DNA from: Limisphaerales bacterium
GTDB lineage: Bacteria; Verrucomicrobiota; Verrucomicrobiia; Limisphaerales; AAA164-E04
DNA: 64,000 nt
Direction of reading: 5' to 3'
Assembly: GCA_024761205.1 (NCBI GenBank)
Contig: JAMASS010000024.1
Location: 12,079 to 76,078, forward strand
The notes under the pieces were generated by a model. It did not search any database. It was not told the origin of the DNA and was given only the letters and a program-made list of their open reading frames with translations. Shown piece by piece: positions 60,700 through 64,000 of the stretch (position 1 is the stretch's first letter; each line of letters starts with the position of its first letter). The translations under genes and the position numbers were made by a program.

Positions 60700-62428
60700 G
60701 GACTCATTGCCATGTACACAACCAGACAAGGAAATCGCCTCTGGAATCAAGCAGCCGCCTAATGCGTTAATTCCACCGTGCTTGGAGACCGTCACCGGAT
60801 AATTCATCGGGTGACCGTGCTGCAAAGTCTTGGATTTGAGATAACTGTCCCAATTCTACTCTTTCGCAAACTGGACTACTAGAGTCTTGGTTTTGTCAGA
60901 TTGCAGATCCTTTCAAGCCTCCCCATAAACCGGCTGTCGAGGATGCGATTCCAGGTGCTTGAGCCATAAATCGTTCTGGAAATTCACCACCGCACCTGGA
61001 CCTTCGCCGTGCAATCTCCCAGAGTGAGCTCGAACCATTTCGACTGATAGGCACTAAGACAGATATCGGTATCCCGTAAACCGCTCATACTGCGCTCATT
61101 CAAGTCCACCGAACCGATTAAAGGAAACGCTCAGCCTCAGTGACCAGCTTAAGGCAGAGCCATTACAAATTTTGGGTTCACCTTTCCGCTGTTGCGGCAT
61201 TCCCCATCCATAAAGCGGTGAACCTAACAACCAGAAATGGAATGCTCGGGGCTGTCCCATCGACCAGGCGCCAAATCCAGCCTGCCAACAAGGGCAATGG
61301 GAGAGACTCGGTCACCATTCACTCCGCCATCACAAATAACTGTCTCCTGATGATAGCTGAAGCACCTAATCACATTCACCATTCCCCTCAACTAGGATTC
61401 AACCACCCTCTGCGCTCCCCACGGCCGCATTGGCTGCGATTGCTCTGAAGTTCACACTGTTTAGTGATTGCCCGACGGATCCGCGCTGACGACTTTGACC
61501 TTTGAGCTTCCAAAGGCCTCTAGCGTATCGTCGTCAACGTTTCAAATCCTTGGCCCATTATATTGGTGCCATCCCAGACCAGCACCCGGACAACAACATT
61601 TTCCTCCGCCCTGTTGATCAGAAGTCTACGCAATAACATTCACGCATAACCGTCGTCCCCTCGAACAAGATCGACCCCTGGCCACAGGGATCACCCCATG
61701 ATATAGACGAAACGCCGTGCATTCTTGATCGCCTCGCCAATATCTTCAAAACATGTGCTGCCATCAAGAACCCCATGAGCATCCCTGTACAATTTCACAA
61801 AATTTTTCCCGCTCGCCAGCTTCGCTGCGTCGCCTAGCCCGGATGAAGATCCCCGTAGGGTAGCAATAACGCGGCATACGGCTTTGACCGAAACAGATTG
61901 ACTCCCGCAACCGACGGCTCCCACAAGAGGAGGGAAGCAAGCTCCAACATGCCCACTTCACCGAGGAAAATTTCCCCAGGAACTCGCAAGAGAACGGCCC
62001 GGTAAACGTATCTCTCCTTCCGCCCAAGCGCGAATTGCCCCCCCAGATTCTTGGCACGATCCCTCCCCGCTTAGCCTAAATTCAGCGACCACCATCAGAC
62101 GCTTCACCAAATTCCCCTTCCCTCCCTTGTACACGGGAATCCACGGCGATCGTTTCGTAATTAAACTCCCTTCCTTGCGTGGAAAGATCACTAACTTGCC
62201 GTTCTCCAACAGAACCTTCACATCGATATCCCCCCAGCGAATCACCATAGGACTTCACCATACTCTGTTTGTCGGTGCCCGAATCCACTCCCTGAATGCG
62301 CAATCATCCCTTTAAGGGAAACTTCATTCCCTTAGGCGGCGGCACCAAATAGGGTTCGTAAACGGGTCGGTTCTTTCCGTTCACCTTCTTCATTCGGGTT
62401 CGAATTTCTAGCGCAAACTTCTTACTCA
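60700..62428 (-). pseudogene. phospholipase D (plant/eukaryote-like two-HKD type) remnant
   Basis: 'NFVKLYRDAHGVLDGSTCFEDIGEAIKNARRFVYIMGW', and the verified 'FSYHQETVICDGGVNGDRVSPIALVGRLDLAPGR' (HKD degraded to H-Q-E). The second motif region reads 'IGSVDLNERSMSGLRDTDI'. Many stops and frameshifts are present. Confidence 0.45.
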
Positions 62429-62478
62429 TGTTTCACCTCACTCTTATCTTCCCGCCATTCATTGCTTCGCCATTGGAA

Positions 62479-62844
62479 TCAAACCTCGTGACCCACTTCG
62501 ACATCACCATCCGCCAGAGGTTCGAAAGCACTCAGCACAAGAGCGGACTCCCTCAAGGAAAATTCCAGCGGAGGAAACGTCCACCTTCCCCGATGGCCTC
62601 TTGTCCAATGCGGCCCCCAGTCCCGCCTCTCATCAAGCACCGCCTCAGTGACCACTTCGACCAACGAGGAAAAGCGCCGTTGCAAGGCTCGTTGCACCTC
62701 CGATTCCACCCCGAGATTCGCGTTTGACTGTTCGTTTATGATTCCTTTCAATTTTAGGAGATTTCCCGAGCCCTGCGACCACCACCGCCCGCGACAGAAC
62801 ATCCGGCGCCTCACTCCGAGAATTTTGCGCTGCACCTGTTTCAT
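62479..62844 (-). mobile_element. IS66-family accessory TnpB (orf2)-like remnant with an internal deletion
   Basis: '..VQRALQRRFSSLVEVV..' and '..WTRGHRGRWTFPP..LRESALVLSAFEPL' parallel 'DMRKGFDGL..LV' and 'KRLEKGRFSWP..L...EL..LL.GID'. No adjacent IS66 transposase gene is present. Confidence 0.3.
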
Positions 62845-64000
62845 CGTTCCACAACCTGCTGAAGCCTCGAAAACGAAACGTCATCCGGTGAACCAATCAG
62901 AGACCGCAAACGGGACTCTTGCCAAAAACAGCGCTAGTCCATCTATGACTGCGGCCCCGAGAAAGCCAACCCATCAGATATTCATCTCTACTTACTTCGA
63001 TGCCGGAGACTCCCTGCCTCGAAAGCCTTCCTACCTTTCATGGCAATGGAGTCAGGAATATCACCTATCAACACCCAACAAGCGAAGCTCAATGAAAACA
63101 AATCCGGTCCTCCCCGCAGCCACCTAGCAACTCGTGGCTCGGTGCGATCGTCACGGGGAAAACTGAAGACAATTTCGGAATCCTGAACCAGACACTCTGC
63201 TGATCCCGATTCCGCGTATTCCGCAGTCTTGCCTCCCCTCTCCTAGTCCTTTCATGCCTTGGTGTGGGGCCCCTCCTTACCACAAAAAATCATGGATCAA
63301 CAGGATGAAAAAGAATCCTGCACATCATGTTCATCCATGTCAAAAATGACCTCTGATAGATCGACTTTATGAAACGTAACCCATGCTCACCCCTCCTCGC
63401 CAAGTGATGCCACCTCGTGTTCGGTCTCTTCCTGAGCCCGTGGATTCTCATGTACGCCTGAGCACGATCACCTTTAACCATTCAGACTAGTCCGACAAAG
63501 GAAACGATCCCTACAATCCCTTGGCCCTTCCTGGACCAAGGTAAATTCCTGACCCTACACCCTACCCAACCCCACTGAAGATCGAATTCCAAAGTCCTTT
63601 GCCACCAAACCACTCAACATTGCCGGAACTGAAACCCATGCCTAAGGCACCTATCGCGCCAGATCGAATCGTATCGGAGTGTACTTTCTCATCTTTTTGG
63701 GAAACAAAGCGCCTAACGTACGATCTTGCGATTCAACGCGTGTCACTCTATCTCCGTCAACCTCACCTTCATAGCATTCCGATAGGTTCCACTCCCGAGC
63801 TAGTTGCTAACACGGCAGCATTCTGAACACCGCTTGAGCCATCTTGGTCGCCCTTGCCGTCACCGGTTCATCCTTTGAGTGATGCTCAGGGACCTTCATT
63901 TGGTGGCAGCAACCCAACATCCGGCTACTCCGAGCCGATGCCCTTACCATTAGCGCGGTATCGTTCGTTGCATTCAGTGATCCTGCTAGGAACCAACCGA

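Noticed and set aside
1-64000. Searched by eye for CRISPR arrays, rRNA genes, prophage structural genes and biosynthetic (PKS/NRPS) genes.
   Set aside because: No regularly spaced direct repeats, no rRNA-like sequence, and no capsid, terminase, integrase or megasynthase motifs were seen.
1-64000. Considered that the many frameshifts are long-read homopolymer sequencing errors rather than biology.
   Set aside because: The affected genes also carry nonsense substitutions, missing domains and large internal deletions. Long neighbouring genes (2-2.7 kb) are uninterrupted. Read-level verification is still advisable, especially at G-runs such as 31120-31135.

Overview
This 64-kb window comes from a PVC-type bacterium (Verrucomicrobiota/Planctomycetota-like). 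That placement rests on prepilin-type 'FTLVELLVVIAIIGILA' proteins, a DUF1553 fragment, sulfatases, FG-GAP and PQQ-like beta-propeller proteins. All family assignments are from reading the translations and recalling motifs; no database search was run.

By my annotation there are about 30 intact protein genes (roughly 33 kb, about half the window) and one tRNA-Gly(CCC). There is no rRNA and no CRISPR array.

Intact content:
- Metabolism and housekeeping: thiE, two PfkB kinases, an MDR dehydrogenase, an SDR, SMP-30/gluconolactonase, TatD, exonuclease III, an M24 peptidase, bioB, an M14-like peptidase, a DUF255 thioredoxin-domain protein, a two-domain PPK2, a MOSC protein and gatB.
- Envelope: an htrA plus OmpR/HisKA two-component module, and an EPS export trio (beta-barrel, Wza-like, Wzc-like).
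- A NAD-linked formate dehydrogenase pair.
- A HAD/DHS-like/PfkB three-gene operon.
- An intact DNA methyltransferase.

The rest of the window holds at least 25 recognisable gene remnants with frameshifts, stops and internal deletions. They include IS5-, IS1595- (two), IS66- and IS200/RAYT-like transposase remnants. They also include decayed toxin-antitoxin and restriction genes.

Most notable points:
1. Two candidate selenoproteins are split by in-frame UGA, each followed by a SECIS-like hairpin. One is FdhA. The other is a signal-peptide peroxiredoxin with UGA exactly at the peroxidatic Cys of the PxxxTxxC motif.
2. An intact, tightly coupled HAD/deoxyhypusine-synthase-like/heptose-kinase-like operon has no pathway I can assign.
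3. In a decayed defence island, only the methyltransferase survives.
4. Pseudogenisation is window-wide, suggesting ongoing genome erosion.
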